This document shows positions 27,703 through 42,168 of a stretch of DNA of 64,000 nt, one piece after another (position 1 is the stretch's first letter; each line of letters starts with the position of its first letter). This stretch comes from Octopus vulgaris (Eukaryota): positions 25,358,001 through 25,422,000 of the forward strand of contig OX597818.1 of assembly GCA_951406725.2 (NCBI GenBank), in the 5' to 3' direction. The translations under genes and the position numbers were made by a program. The notes beneath the pieces were generated by a model that worked only from the letters and a program-made list of their open reading frames with translations, was not told the origin of the DNA and ran no database searches.

Positions 27703-28609
27703 AATTTTTTCATCTTACCTTATACAACCAGTATATTTATATTTTACTTATTTTACTGAAATGAAATTTTAAAGAAATTATCTTTACAGTAATTATGCCT
27801 GTATATGTAATGGGAACTCTGCCAACCATTCCTTTCACCACCTCTTGCATTCTCTCTAAGTAACTCACCAAACACAGCTTCTTACACCAAATATACTAGG
27901 TGAATCTATATTTTAAGTATCTTTGCAGTTTTGTTGTGAATATCTTTTTATATAGTTTATATATGATAGTAGATGATACTACTATCTTAACAATGACTTA
28001 AAATGGTACTATTAAGCTAGACATAGCCAGGGTCTGTTGAAGCCAAAGCATATCTTAGTTTATATTTTAGAAAAATGCTATCATTTGATGTACATTCATT
28101 GGCTTAAAAAAAAAACCATTACACGTACACACATACAGTGGCTGTCACTCAGAGCCATAGATACTTTCTCTGTCTTCCCACGCTTGACCTTGTACATCCA
28201 GGATCTGACAGCGAGAGGAAGTTAAATCAGCACTCAACTGGTTATTATTTTGACTAAATGACACTACTTATTGTTCAAACTAGGAATCTCACAACCTTAT
28301 TATTGTTTGTCCAAAGATATATGCAGTGATTGTGTAACACACACACACATATGTGTGTATGTGCTCTCAAGAGATTTTGGAATTATGTAGTGGTTTATTC
28401 CTTAAAAAGATTTTTTTATACATATGTTTTCAAAATTAAAATTTACTTAAGTTTCTGCAAAAACAGAATCACAGGTTGTATCTGAAAAGTAGTAGTTATA
28501 CTTATGTTTCCATAAGCATTTTCATAATGCAGGGGATGCCTGTATTTTTAAACACATACACACACACATTACATTTACATGTGTGTGTATAGGATATATT
28601 TCATGGATA

Positions 28610-28958
28610 AGCTGTGATGTGTCATTGGTGATGTGACTTGCTATTGGGTGTTTTGAGTCTTTCAATATCAGACACTGCCACCTGGTCCACATAACCTGAC
28701 TTGATCAGGTTCTAGTATGTCACTTTTCCCACTTGTCATGAACCACCTCTCTTAATCTAAAGCTGCCTTGTGGCTTTCTCTATAGCTGCACATGCAGTTT
28801 GAAAGGTCCTCTTCTTTGCTACTCCTGTAAAGTCCATTCAGTTGAAGATTAGCACAGTGTGCATCTTACAAAGCCTCTATAGCCCACATCTGTGGGTTGG
28901 CTCATACTGTGCCTTCTAGCCTTTTTCCTGGTACTTTTAATGCCAGTTCCTGGTGCAT
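28610..28958 (-). mobile_element. Hero-clade (restriction-like endonuclease) non-LTR retrotransposon 3' end
   Basis: Minus-strand pieces HQELALK/YQEKG*KAQYEP, DVGYRGF and TGVAKKRTFQTACAAIEKATRQL*IKR recall the Hero C-terminus (KYQEL...GW.A...PVEVGCRGF...AAEKA.RWLW.KR). The 3' UTR gtctgatattgaaagactcaaaacaccca is also Hero-like. Confidence 0.7.
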
Positions 28959-31177
28959 GTATATATCTTCAATGTGTACTTCTTAAGCATTGTAAATTTC
29001 GGCATGACCAGCTGTTCTGTATGTGCATGTGTGCGAACACACACACACACACACACACACTTGTGTTATTTCCTTTTATCAAGGATTATTGATATACAAG
29101 TAAAATGTGAAATAGAAAAAAAAAAAGTTATATATGCTTCAGATTATATAAGCATATGCATAATGTTTGAAATAATAAATTTATGCACCTTCTATACTTC
29201 TTGTGAAAAAGTTGGCCATCAACTTAATGCTTTACACCAGTATCCATCCAAGGTCTGTTACCAATGAATTTTTTTTTTACTAGAATAACAACCAGTTTGT
29301 ATATCGTGTCAGCTTCACATCTCTCTGCAAGACTGGAAATAGAATAATCTTAATTAGTTCCTCTTTTAATTGAACCTATTTAAACTTATTTAAATAATGC
29401 CAGACTTTCTGGGCCAAAGCATCCAAAAGATTTGTATATCATGTTCTCAGCTTTATGTACATTGAATGTTTATTTTTTTTCTTTCTTAGTTTCCAGTTTA
29501 TCTAAATATAATTCTCATCCTATTGAGGTATATGGTTTCCTTTTAATCACTATATATTAATGACTGACTGCAAGGTTTTCCTTCTGATTTAATACAATAT
29601 TCATATTACGAAAATTTCTAAATCATGTAGCAAAACAAATTGCAAGTAGGACATAAAAAAATGTCTTTTGATCCTGCTTTTTAATGTTTCAATTACATTT
29701 AGCTTTCTTTATAAACTGAGACTAGTACTCAAAACAGAACCATGAAACTGGGGGTAAAATATATAGATAAGGCTGAAAATTACTTCTGAGATCTGAAATA
29801 GAAGGTAAGCATACAAAATATGAATGTGAAACAAATTGAATTATCAAGTTTCTTTAAGTCTTCAGTATGTTACAAAACAATGTTCATTGTGTATGAGGAA
29901 TCCTATAAAATACACTTATTTTAGAAACTGAATGTTCTCAAATGGTTACTCTTTGAGGGGGAAAAAACGTATATGCTGGACTATAGAGCCATGTTTAAAG
30001 TCAGACACCAATATAATTAGTATATAAAAAAAAAAAAAAATCAGATGTAAATCAATTATATCTCAGTAACATTGCAGGAAATATTTTGGTTAGAAATATC
30101 CTGCTTCTGAAATGTCCAGTTGCTACATAGTAGGAGACAAAAAGGAAACAGCTATTTGCTATGAGTCATTGTGATACTTAAATGGAACTTTTCATAAAAC
30201 AAATCTTTGTTTCATATCCAAGCAATCAAAATTTATAGCTATATGATAGTTACTGCTTCTAACTGAATGCTTGTTGTTAATAGATTTATCTTCAATTATA
30301 TATGTTTTAAATTTGATTTGTATATCTTGTAAGAAAATACAGCTAAAATATTTAATTTTAGATGCAATTAATGGGATAGTGCAGTACAAAATAGCCTGTT
30401 TCAGTTAATCTTTAGACTCTGGATGTATAGAGTTTCAACAATTAATTAGCTAATTATTTATTTTTCCAGCTGGTGCTAACAGGGGGAGGGGAGAGAGAAA
30501 AAGTGATTTAGATAAATCTATTTGTAGATTGCAGATTTTTGTAAACTTTACTGTTAATAAATGTAAACTACTTATATTAAGTTTTATTCACTATCAATTT
30601 TGTTCCCTATCAATATTCTACTGCTCTATGGCCTAAAAGAATTCTCATTAGTGTTGCTCTTTAAAATTTCTTTATAGTGCTACTACGCTCAGCAATATTT
30701 TTAAACAAAGTTGTTGAAAGGTTCCAGAATAAGATGCTTGTCACATTGGGTGTGTCTGTTAAAAATAATTTTCTGGACAGTTTTTGATTTTTCCATGTAA
30801 TTTTCATCATCATTGTATGTACACATATTCGTGTGCGTATGTGTGTGTGCACACATTGATAGAAAACAAGCTTCTGTGTCTCTAGTTACCTTACTGCTAC
30901 CAGTGGGTCTCTTTGTTCACTGGTATTAATGACTTTCACTTGTTTAATACTATTTCATAAACTTCAGGATTTTCAATGTCATTGGAATTTTCTAGCAAAA
31001 ATAACAAAAACTGCTTCTGCACATATTGAAGGTGCCTCATCTCTCAGAATTGTCTGAAGAGAGCAATCACCTTTTTTTTTTGTGTATCTGCTGAAGCTTT
31101 GTTTCCTGATTCAAATTGTTAATACAAACATAACTGTACCCTCTCTCTTTCTCTCTTCATATATATATATATATATA

Positions 31178-31710
31178 TTCTTTTATGATTCAGCCCTAAG
31201 GCTGTGACCATGCTGGGGCACCACCAGTGTAATCACCTTTTAATTGGCCAATTGCATGTGATTAGCTTTTGGTGAAGGAGGGAGTTCAACACTGCTGCCC
31301 ACTTTTGAACTTCCTGCCTTAATATTGGTTCATCTGGGATCTTGGATAGCAAGAGGTCAAGTTGTTTCTTGAAAACATCTACCCCCACACCATGGAGATC
31401 CCTCAGACAAGGTGTTAAATAGCTGTAGGCTCTTGAACCCCAAGCTATTGCAGTACATGGCCCTCACCTTAGATGGGACAGCTGGGACAGTGCAGTAATG
31501 TCCAGTTGAAGGTCTAGTATAACTCTCAATTCCAAAGTTTGGTGCCAGCCCCTCCAGTGTCTTCCACACATATATCACTTCATACTTCTCCTGTTTTCAC
31601 TCCAAGAAGTAGTCATAGCTCTCTCAGTCTCTTCCAGTAGCTCAGCTGTTCCATTGATGCAATCTTCCTTGTGTAGCATCACTGAACTGCCACAAGTTCC
31701 GCTATTAACC
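31178..31710 (-). mobile_element. CR1-group LINE 3' end
   Basis: ELVAVQ*CYTRKIASMEQLSYW...IYVWKTLEGLAPN...LQLFNTL; the 3' terminus reads ggtgccccagcatggtcacagc...tgaatcataaaag. Confidence 0.8.
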
Positions 31711-33807
31711 CAACTCTGTGGGTTGATTGGAAGATTATTACCTCACTTGGAAACTAGTGAAGGTTGGCTATAGAAAGGACACCAAGCTGCAGAAAATTCT
31801 GCTCCAGTACACTCTCATCTGACCCATGGAAAAGTAGACATGAAAATGATGAATGGTTTCAAAGAAATTGAGAATAGTTACTCATTCCCTGAATTGTGGA
31901 GAACATTCAATAATTGGTCTCCATGCTCTTTATTAACCCACACAAGCATTAACAGATGCAGCTAACATACATCAAACATGATGAAGCAATGGGAGACTGT
32001 TACTAGCGAATTAGTGAAAGTTGTAAGAGATATACAGCAATGACAATCTAGTTAGATATTCCACAGAGCCTTTCAACTAAGAATTATTATTTTAACATTT
32101 GTTTTCCTCTTTTGAAAGAGATGCCAAATGTCAAAGACGTATAATAAAGTACTATATCTAAGTATTATCAGCACAGTTTGCATTTATGTCTTGCTCTTAC
32201 TACTCAAGTGGTCTTATTTTGCTTTGAGATTCTTTGTTTACTAAATATGTAATTAATCTAAGAATAGTTTTTATTTATACCTTTTTCACTGTTATTTTAA
32301 AGCAAATAATGAGTTATGCTAGTTCTCCATTATACAGCTCTATACTTATGTGGTGGTTGGTAGGATAGAGGACAGTCAGCTATTACTCACCTATGATATA
32401 TTAGATAACAAGAAGTTAAGCAATTGATCTTTTAGTCTTAAAATGTGCACACAAAGACAATAGAAATTGAAATTGTTACTTGAAGAAAATTGAAGTCACA
32501 TTAACACATTAGTAGAACAATTATAGTTTTTTCAACTACTGACCTATTTCTTACCTCATTTACATGAATAAAGATTTGATCTTTAAGTAAGATAAACTCA
32601 TAATTGTGTCATTCTCAACTTTACATTTCATAGTTATACTAAAAATTTTGGGTTTTGATCAAGGAATTTGAGTTTGCTTTTAAAATTCTTGTAGTCACAG
32701 ATTCTATTATCCACAAAAAATTGAACACCATGTTATCTCTTTAAGTGACTGAAACAGAACGCTCATTGAAAAGCATTTCTTGTTCTTTCAAGAATGTATT
32801 TAAAAAATAGGAAAAAATTGCTTCTGGAATAAAGCCTTCTCTTCATATACGTTGCTTAAATATTTCTGTTGAACTTTAGAATTTTTGCACTGTTTCAAAG
32901 CACTGACATTTTGCTGCTGTCTGTGACAGGATCAAAAATTCCACTTCTGTATGTATCACAGGTACTTATAACAGAAATAATTTAACAAGTTGTCCAGTCA
33001 TTGAGTAATTAAATATCAAGTTATCAGACAGTTAAAGGGTTAGAATTATGATAAAAGATGTAACAAACAAGAATGTGAAACCAAAGTTGGAGGCAAATAC
33101 TGGGTTATTAGAGTCAGAAGAAATTAATGGACTCTTAACTAATTGTATTTGTAATATAATGCTGATAGCATTTTATCTACAATGAGAACATAGAGGGTCT
33201 CTTTCTGGTTAACCATTTTGTTATCTGCTGTTTACATTGATCCATTGAACTGCATTTTATTGATCAAATTGCTCAAGGAAAAGAGGCATTCTTTAACCCT
33301 TTAAACATTTAATGCAATCGTTCATGCTTTAATCTTTAAATAAGGTATATCTAATGGATTTCATTTCTTTCAAAATACTTATTTAAGTTGCTTCAGGTGT
33401 TTAATCCTTTACTTTGAACTTTGTTGTGCTTTAGATTTTTGAGCTAATAATGAAAGATGTTCTTGAATGATGTAGTAATTTTATATTTTAATTTCATGTT
33501 TATCTTTTTGAAAAAAAAAAAAAAAAAAAAACAGTCTCTTATATTTAAAAAAAAAATCTAAAAAAATTTATTTTAAGATTGTCTTATGCATTATTGTTTG
33601 TAATTTCTTCAATAAATAATATAAATAACCCACAACATCATAACAAAAAACGACTTCAAACTGAAACTCTCTAACTGGTAACGGTAAAATGTAGTTTGAT
33701 TATTCACATTAGCCATATATGGTGTGCAGTTTCAACATAAGAAATATATGATTAATCTAATTACAAAAACAGAAGTGAGTGTCAAATTTGATTATAATCA
33801 TCTATCT

Positions 33808-34155
33808 TCTACTTGTTTCACTGATTTGATTGTGGCCATGCTGGGGCACTGCCTTGAAGGTTTTAGTTAAACAAATCATCCAATGGGACTTTCTTCTTGA
33901 AGCCTAGTACTTATTCTGTCAGCCTCTTTTGCCAAACCACTAAGGGGATGTAAACATACCAACACCGGTTGTCAAGAGGTGATGAGGACACACACACACA
34001 CACACTTCTTTCAGTTTCTGTCTGCCAAATCCACTCACAAGGCCTTGGTCAGTCTGAGGCTATAGAAGGCACCTTACCCAAGGTGCCATGCAGTGGGACT
34101 GAACCTAGGACCATGTGGTTGGGAAGCAAGTTCCTTACTACACAGTCACAATTGT
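33808..34155 (-). mobile_element. tRNA-derived SINE, CR1-tail type
   Basis: Colinear with the reverse complement of 58618-59008. Confidence 0.88.
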
Positions 34156-34310
34156 ACATATGCACACTCACACATATATTTTTCTCTAGTTCTGTTGTAT
34201 TTATTGACATACACACTATGACTGAATTAAATGTATATATAAACTAAATGTAATTAAATAAAAGAATAAAAAGATGAAATTCAAAACCTTGACACCTTAA
34301 ATTCATTTAA

Positions 34311-34531
34311 CCCTTTCGATACTGTATCTATTTTGAGATGCTCAAAATTTCTTTCAATTATTTTAAATATAACAAAGAATTTAGTAAAATAACTTAGCTG
34401 TCATTAAGCTAATGTTAGGAACATAAATTGTGACTAAGGTTTGATGGTAAATTTTAATGAAAAATTAATGGAAACAAGACATTTATACTACAGAGCCAGA
34501 GCCGGTTTTGGCCGAGTTGGTAACGAAAGGG
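34311..34531. mobile_element. piggyBac-type MITE with TTAA target duplication
   Basis: TTAA|ccctttcgatac ... gtaacgaaaggg|TTAA. Confidence 0.85.
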
Positions 34532-36234
34532 TTAATTAGTCTTATAATAATCAAGATATCTGTCAGATTTAATACAAAACAGTAAAGTGAGAAACACTCC
34601 CATGTATATAATGAAACCGAAACCAGCACTAACTACCCTTTTCCTGCAAGCATTTAGGCTGACTGTGTTTTCCAGCTGACTTAAATGGATTCACCAATAT
34701 CAATATATTTTCTTTAGAGATGTTGTGACTCCTGATAGGTGGTTTAAATGAAATTCTTGTAAGAGAGAACTGGGATAGAGGTAGAAATCTCTTAGCAAAG
34801 ATTAGTTGATGTATGTTTTACAGAGATGGAGTAAAGTGAATGTCACCAATGTAACTTGCTCATCATTGAGAAAAAACATGCGTCTTTTTATCCAAAGTCA
34901 AAAACATAGTGTTTGTAGAGAAGTTTTATTATCAATGTAACAAAAGTGATAGGTTTATAATAGTTTGTGAACAATAGGCTAATTACTTTGATTACTGCTA
35001 TTTTCTGCAAACCTCATTAACTAACAAGAACATTGATCTTCTGTTTGTTTAACCATCATGATTCAGGCCTTGTTGGTGCATGCTCTTACTGAGAATAACT
35101 ATAAAGAAGGTTGTGACATTAATAGGGCAAGGAATTTTAACAACATATAGGGAAATGCTAAAAAGGGAAGATTGTAGAACCTGGAACTACAATTTGATAA
35201 ATATACAGGATACTAGGCTTTTGTGCGCAACTGCAGAAAACCTGGTCTCGTATGAGTTTGGTGGAACTGCGAACTTCATCAATTGTATCCTAATCATGAA
35301 GAGGGGGAACGAAGTGTCTTAAATTTGAGGCAAATTTATGGTTTATTGTCACTAAGTTCAAAGGGAAAGCCAGAATGGAATTAAGAACTGCTAGTGCCAA
35401 GAGAAGGAAGACAGTGAGACAATTTCCATTTAGCTCTTAATGTTTGTTTAGACAGCAAGATATTGAGAACTTTCACAATATAGAGAAGAGATTTTTTTTT
35501 TTTTTGCAGAGTTGGAGCTAACTTAAAATACTTATCAATTTACAGGTAGTAAATATTCAACAGGGTAGCAACCAGTATAGTAGAGGAATAGTATCTCAAA
35601 ACTTACAGATGAGGCGTAAATGGAAGATGGATAAACAAAAAATAATGCCAAAACTAGGCAACAACACTATTACTATTCAAGAAAGAAGTAGAAATTAGAC
35701 AGTTGTGAAGGCAATTACATAAAAAGTAACAAGGATATTATTGGAATGAAGTGTTTAAAAAGATTTTTGGAGCAAAAGAGATGGAAAATGTTATGAAAGG
35801 CCGAGGAAGATGTTGTATACACATATTACCATTGAAGGAAACTATACATGGTCACTCGACTTTATGAAAATAAGATGAATCTTTCTTAAATCACACCTTT
35901 CCATCTTAACAAAAAACAGGACACATTGTACATGCGCACACAAACGCACACACAAAGTATACAGTATTATAGGTCCATTTCAGCTGATCTTACCAAACAT
36001 ATATGGTGATGAAACACTTCATCGCCATTATCAATCTCTTGCAGCTCCAACTGTTCATTTTCTCTTTCTCTCCCCTTTCCCTACTAGACATGAGTAGCCT
36101 TGCAGATCCTCTACAGGAACCTGCACTACCTCACCTCCTTTTCATAGTTCAATTTCCTTGTCCACTAGCACAAAGCTGACCCTTCCTCTCCTCCCCAGAG
36201 GTTTGTAGTTCTGCAGGCTGCATGATAACCTCAT

Positions 36235-36403
36235 TGATACAGGTGGCATAAAAAAAAGCACTCAGTCCACACTGTAAAATGGTTGGCATTAGGGAGAGCA
36301 TTTAGCTGTAGAAACTATACCAAAGCAGACATTGGAGCATAGTGCATTAGATCCTGCCAAACTGTCCAACCCATGCTAGCATGGAATGCAGATGTTAAAT
36401 GAC
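36235..36403 (+). mobile_element. RTE-type 3' terminus
   Basis: tggttggcattagggagagcatttagctgtagaaac...ccaacccatgctagcatggaatgcagatgttaaatga. Confidence 0.75.
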
Positions 36404-36769
36404 AAGGATTGGAAAACATGATCTAAGAGATGCTATTAAATGTAAATGTGTGATTATGGTTAGAATCCTTTTGATCATAGTCAGGGTTAAACAACCAATA
36501 TAGAGTATTATAGTTAACCTGCATGGAAATAGCAAGTAAAACCATTGAAGGCAGGGAAAGCTACTGGTTTATCTGGAAACTGAAATGTTAGAAGTTCTGG
36601 TAGAGAATATGTTAAGTTCATCAAATTACTATCAGAATTTTGTGTAAGATTGTACTATACCCCAGTGGTTGGAGTTGAGTTATAAAATGAATATAGGCTT
36701 GGCTGAACTAAGAGAGTATACAACTTGGATTTGTGCCAAACTGTGAGACTAAACTTCTAAATTTTCACA

Positions 36770-37790
36770 AAAAAATTGTAGAAATATTTGGCAAAGAAAA
36801 AAAAAATGAGGATCCTTTTTTTGCATGACTTAGAGGAAGCTTTCAATAGGATAATATCATCTGAAGTATGATTGATATCAGGCATGAAAGAATGGTGTGC
36901 GTAGACAGTGCAAGATGTGTTAGAGTACATTAAGTAAGGCTTGTATTATCTGTAGACACAAAAAGGTTGCAATGAGTGAAAAGATTGGTATCCAGCAAGG
37001 ATACCGTTCTCTCCAGCTCTTCTACTCAAATCTCTCAAAGAAGTCTGTAAAACATCAAAAACTAACATTTGAAACAAAAGAAATAAAAGTTAACAGCAAA
37101 TATTAAATTTTTTATTTGAAATGAAGACCAAAAATTTCAGTGAAGTGACCTTGCTCGGTGAGCAGGAAAGATGTGAATAGGAACTGAATGTACTATAGCC
37201 ACTGTAGTAAGTGGGTTCATAAGTAATAGAATGGTATATTGTGTTGACTGATAGGGCATAGTAGCTTCATTTACCTAAGCACTAAAAGTAGTAAGTAAAC
37301 TAGTTCTGCTAATAGCTGTTAGATTAGTATAAGAGGTGAGGTTAGTTATTACAAAGTACCTGAAGTTAGATGAAATGTCTAACTTAAAGCACTTTGTTAT
37401 AACTAGCCTTACCTCTTGCACTAATCTCACAACTCTTAGAACTAGCTTACCACAAGTGAGTCTTGCCCTGAGAAAAAAACAGATCGTACGTTGTGTAAAA
37501 ATTGTTATTCTGGGTGTAGGTAGATAATTTGACAATGATAACCCACAAGAAAGACTGGGTACAAGCAAGCAAGCAAATAAAATAATTGAACATCAGAGAT
37601 ATCAACAGATGTGTGCAGGAGAAGTTAATCACTAGTTTGTCAGAAATAACTCTAAATTTAGGCATGTGACTGAATGGAAGATGCATGCCAAGTAAAACAG
37701 TGCTTGCCGTAAGTTGGTAGTGGAAGGTTTTCACAGAGCAGAATATACAACACAAAACATGTCAAAGGAAAGATCAAGACATATGGAGGG
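36770..37790 (+). mobile_element. Very old RTE RT region, interrupted by a foldback
   Basis: gaaatatttggcaaag...gacttagaggaagctttcaatagg (KYLAK...DLEEAFNR) and ggtatccagcaagga (GIQQG). Confidence 0.55.
37293..37451. repeat. Imperfect palindrome of about 160 bp (about 75-bp arms, 7-nt loop)
   Basis: Left arm ...agattagtataagaggtgaggttagttattacaaagtacctgaagttaga, loop tgaaatg, right arm tctaacttaaagcactttgttataactagccttacctcttgcactaatct... Confidence 0.85.
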
Positions 37791-38790
37791 CTGCTGTTTA
37801 CTCATCTTAATAACCATTAAGCATCTAAAGTGTTACAGCTTAGAATAGTAAAGATATATAGATACATATACACATGGGACTTTATGACTGTGTTTCTGCT
37901 ATAGTTATTTTTATTATTTTTCATTATGCTTGATAGCTATTCTGTTAGGAAAGTTTTAAGTTTGGTCAAATGGATATTTGGTAAAAAAAAAAATAAAGCT
38001 TTGGTTTTTAAGCTAATAAGTAGATGGTATATTAAAAGTATTATAAGCATTAAAATTGTGAAGTACCATGTTGATAGAGGAAGAGAACTTTGGTAAATTG
38101 CTTTAAACCTCATGGTTTGATCTTTATTTCTTTTTATGGAAACTTAAAAACAAAAATTATTATTGGTCCCCAATATTTATTTTCTTCGTTTGTGGAGAGT
38201 TAGGCTAATTTTTATTTAGAACATTTTGATTCCTTTCATAGCTAAATGAAAAATACTTTTAGCTCTGAAAACAGAATTTGTTTTCATTCTATATAGGCTT
38301 CTTGTAGGTAAGCTGCTGAAAAGGAATGTTATTAAAAATAGATCCTAAAAATACACTACTTAAACTGGATATAGTTATCAACTACTTTGTAAGAGCTTAA
38401 CAGGTGTAAAGAAAGCAAATTCAATCTCAGTTTATAAAATTAACATTATTTTTGCTTGTATAATGTCCTACAACTTTAAAGAGTAACAGTTTTATACAAA
38501 AGTTTTCAATTTCATTTGGATTTCAGCTAGTTTACAACTTTTATTTTTGCACTACTAATTATACTTATTTCTGTATATATTTTATGTATCCAGAAATATG
38601 CATAAGTAGATTATTTTCTACAAACTTAGTAGTTAACTATCTATATTGTATAGTTTAAATGAGAATTCTATTGATATAATTTTGTATTTTCTAAATAAAT
38701 TAAATGCTATTTATATGATGATTGTCGTAGCACAACTTAGTTTACTATTTTTATAATGTAGAGAACATTAATAATTTGGTACATTTTTAA

Positions 38791-40178
<1,388 letters not shown>

Positions 40179-40941
40179 GTATTTGCCAATGAAATTTTCT
40201 TTGATGTTTTCTGATATTACAGAATTCACCTAGAATGAAATTGCTTCTAATTTGTTCCCCACCTTCATCCTGATATGATTGGTAATCTGTGATCATGAAG
40301 CCTGAAGAAGAGTAAAATTAAAATCTTAATTTTGATAAAAAATTTGATATGTCGTGAAATCTAATAAACACTTGTGGATAGTTGGTTGTTAGTAAGCATA
40401 CTGAAGAAGTTTATTATTGGGGTGGTAGCAAGTAGGTAGTGGAAATTAAGAATGATTAATTAAATGTCTAATGGTATTTATTTACATCCTGAATTCAAGT
40501 GCTTCTGGAATTGACGCCCCCTTTAATGTCCCTGGAGTCAATAAAGGAAGTATTTATTAACCATTTTAATTGACTGTTTCTTTTCAAAATGTGTGACCCT
40601 GTGACATTGTTAGAAATCATCATCATTATCATTATGTAATGTGAGAGAGGAGATATAGTGACCATGGTTGTCACAAGCCCCCACCTACTCCAAATAAAGG
40701 AGGTTGATACAACTGATGTTAAGGTTTATTCTGTGAAGTAAATAAATGTGAGCTGAGACACCTCCCAGAAGACTATAAACTTGGGCAAGAAGAATTTGGT
40801 AAAATATAAATAAGTAGTAAGGCAGATGCATCGGATGAGCTTGGGTTAATGTGGTATGTAACTTACAAATTGAGAGAAACAAGCTATTATGAAATCAAAA
40901 GACAAAGGGATCATGCCCATGAGTTATTGGTTGCAGTGTTA

Positions 40942-41418
40942 TCTCTTATTATAAAAGGCATCTCTTATTATAAAAGGCAGATTTTATCTGCCTCCCTTTG
41001 GGAGTTATACAAATCTACAATATAGGATTTCTTCAATTACAATTTACCTGGCATTTTTAAGAGTACAATGCATCGCGTCATGCCAGGTCCAGTTTTTAAA
41101 ATTTAAACTCCAATTAAGCAAAATTTACAGAAAACTCACATTCTGGTGTGTGTGTCAAATGCTTTTCTTAATCTGGTTTACACCACACGCAAACGCACAC
41201 ACACAGTGGGCAAAATAAAGTGATTTACATTGGTACTATGGTAAGTTCTTTGAGTGAAATATATTCTTCAGCTCTCTGATTTAAGATGTGTGCATATTTT
41301 GTCAGGTATTTTGAAGAGCCTGGAAATTTAAGTAGTAACACTTTCATTCACTAAGGGTTTTTTTTTTATTATTTGAAAACTAGCACTATGACCCGGCAAT
41401 GCCGGGTCATAGTGCTAG
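40942..41418 (+). mobile_element. Non-autonomous Helitron-like element A
   Basis: A|TC start with a duplicated 19-mer atctcttattataaaaggc, subterminal hairpin acccggc-aat-gccgggt, and CTAG|T end. Confidence 0.65.
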
Positions 41419-41751
41419 TGCATGCATATACAGCTGCCTGTGTGCGCACATACACGCGAGTACTGTCCAAATCTCTGACCAATCACATACAGCTAGCTGG
41501 CATTCAATTGGTGTATCAAGTTTTGGGCATTTTGATTGGGTTTTGGATAGAAAATTCACAAAAAAGTCACTTCTATTGATTTTTTTTAATGGCTTTGTTG
41601 GGTGACTGGGGAAATGTAAAGATGTGCACGACCACCCTTGGACAGTTTTGAATGACCATAGAAGGTGCGAGCCCTCTAACTGAAAAATTGTGGATTTGTA
41701 TAAAGGACACGCACACACAGACAGACATTTTGCCGTTTATATATATAGAGA
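41380..41751 (-). mobile_element. Non-autonomous Helitron-like element B
   Basis: Minus strand starts A|TCtctatatatataaacggcaaaatgtctgtctg and ends with the same hairpin plus catagtgCTAG|T. Confidence 0.65.
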
Positions 41752-42014
41752 TGCTTAATTTTTTACTTATTAATTTGTTTCTGTGATTGGCCTGTAGCCA
41801 TCTTGGAGAACCACTTACGATATTGTCAGTTAACATTGATCCCAATATTTCATCAATTAGTACTTATTTTATTGGCCTATGAAGAGTGAAAAGTTAAGCT
41901 GACTTTAGGAAGGTTTGAACTCAGAACATAAAGGGACATAACAAAATACCATCACAAAGTATTGTCTGTTGCTCCATTGATTCTACCATCCACCTTACAA
42001 TATATTCAGTGAAC

Positions 42015-42168
42015 GTTTTCAGTTTTCTGCCTATTCAATTTCACTTACAAGACTTTGGATGATACAAGCTTACTGTGGAAGACACCTAAAGTGCCACTCA
42101 ATAGGATTGAATCCAGAAGCAGGTGATTACAAAGTGAACTTCTTAACCACACAGCCATGTCTGTGCCC
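42015..42168 (-). mobile_element. SINE head and core fragment
   Basis: ttcagttttctgcc...gaacttcttaaccacacagccatgtctgtgcc. Confidence 0.7.

Noticed and set aside
35080-35322. 80-aa ORF faintly like a LINE endonuclease N-terminus
   Set aside because: Motifs are too degenerate to assign without a search.
40296-40360. cctgaagaagag...tctt as a third hammerhead
   Set aside because: No GAAA follows stem II and stems I and III are missing.
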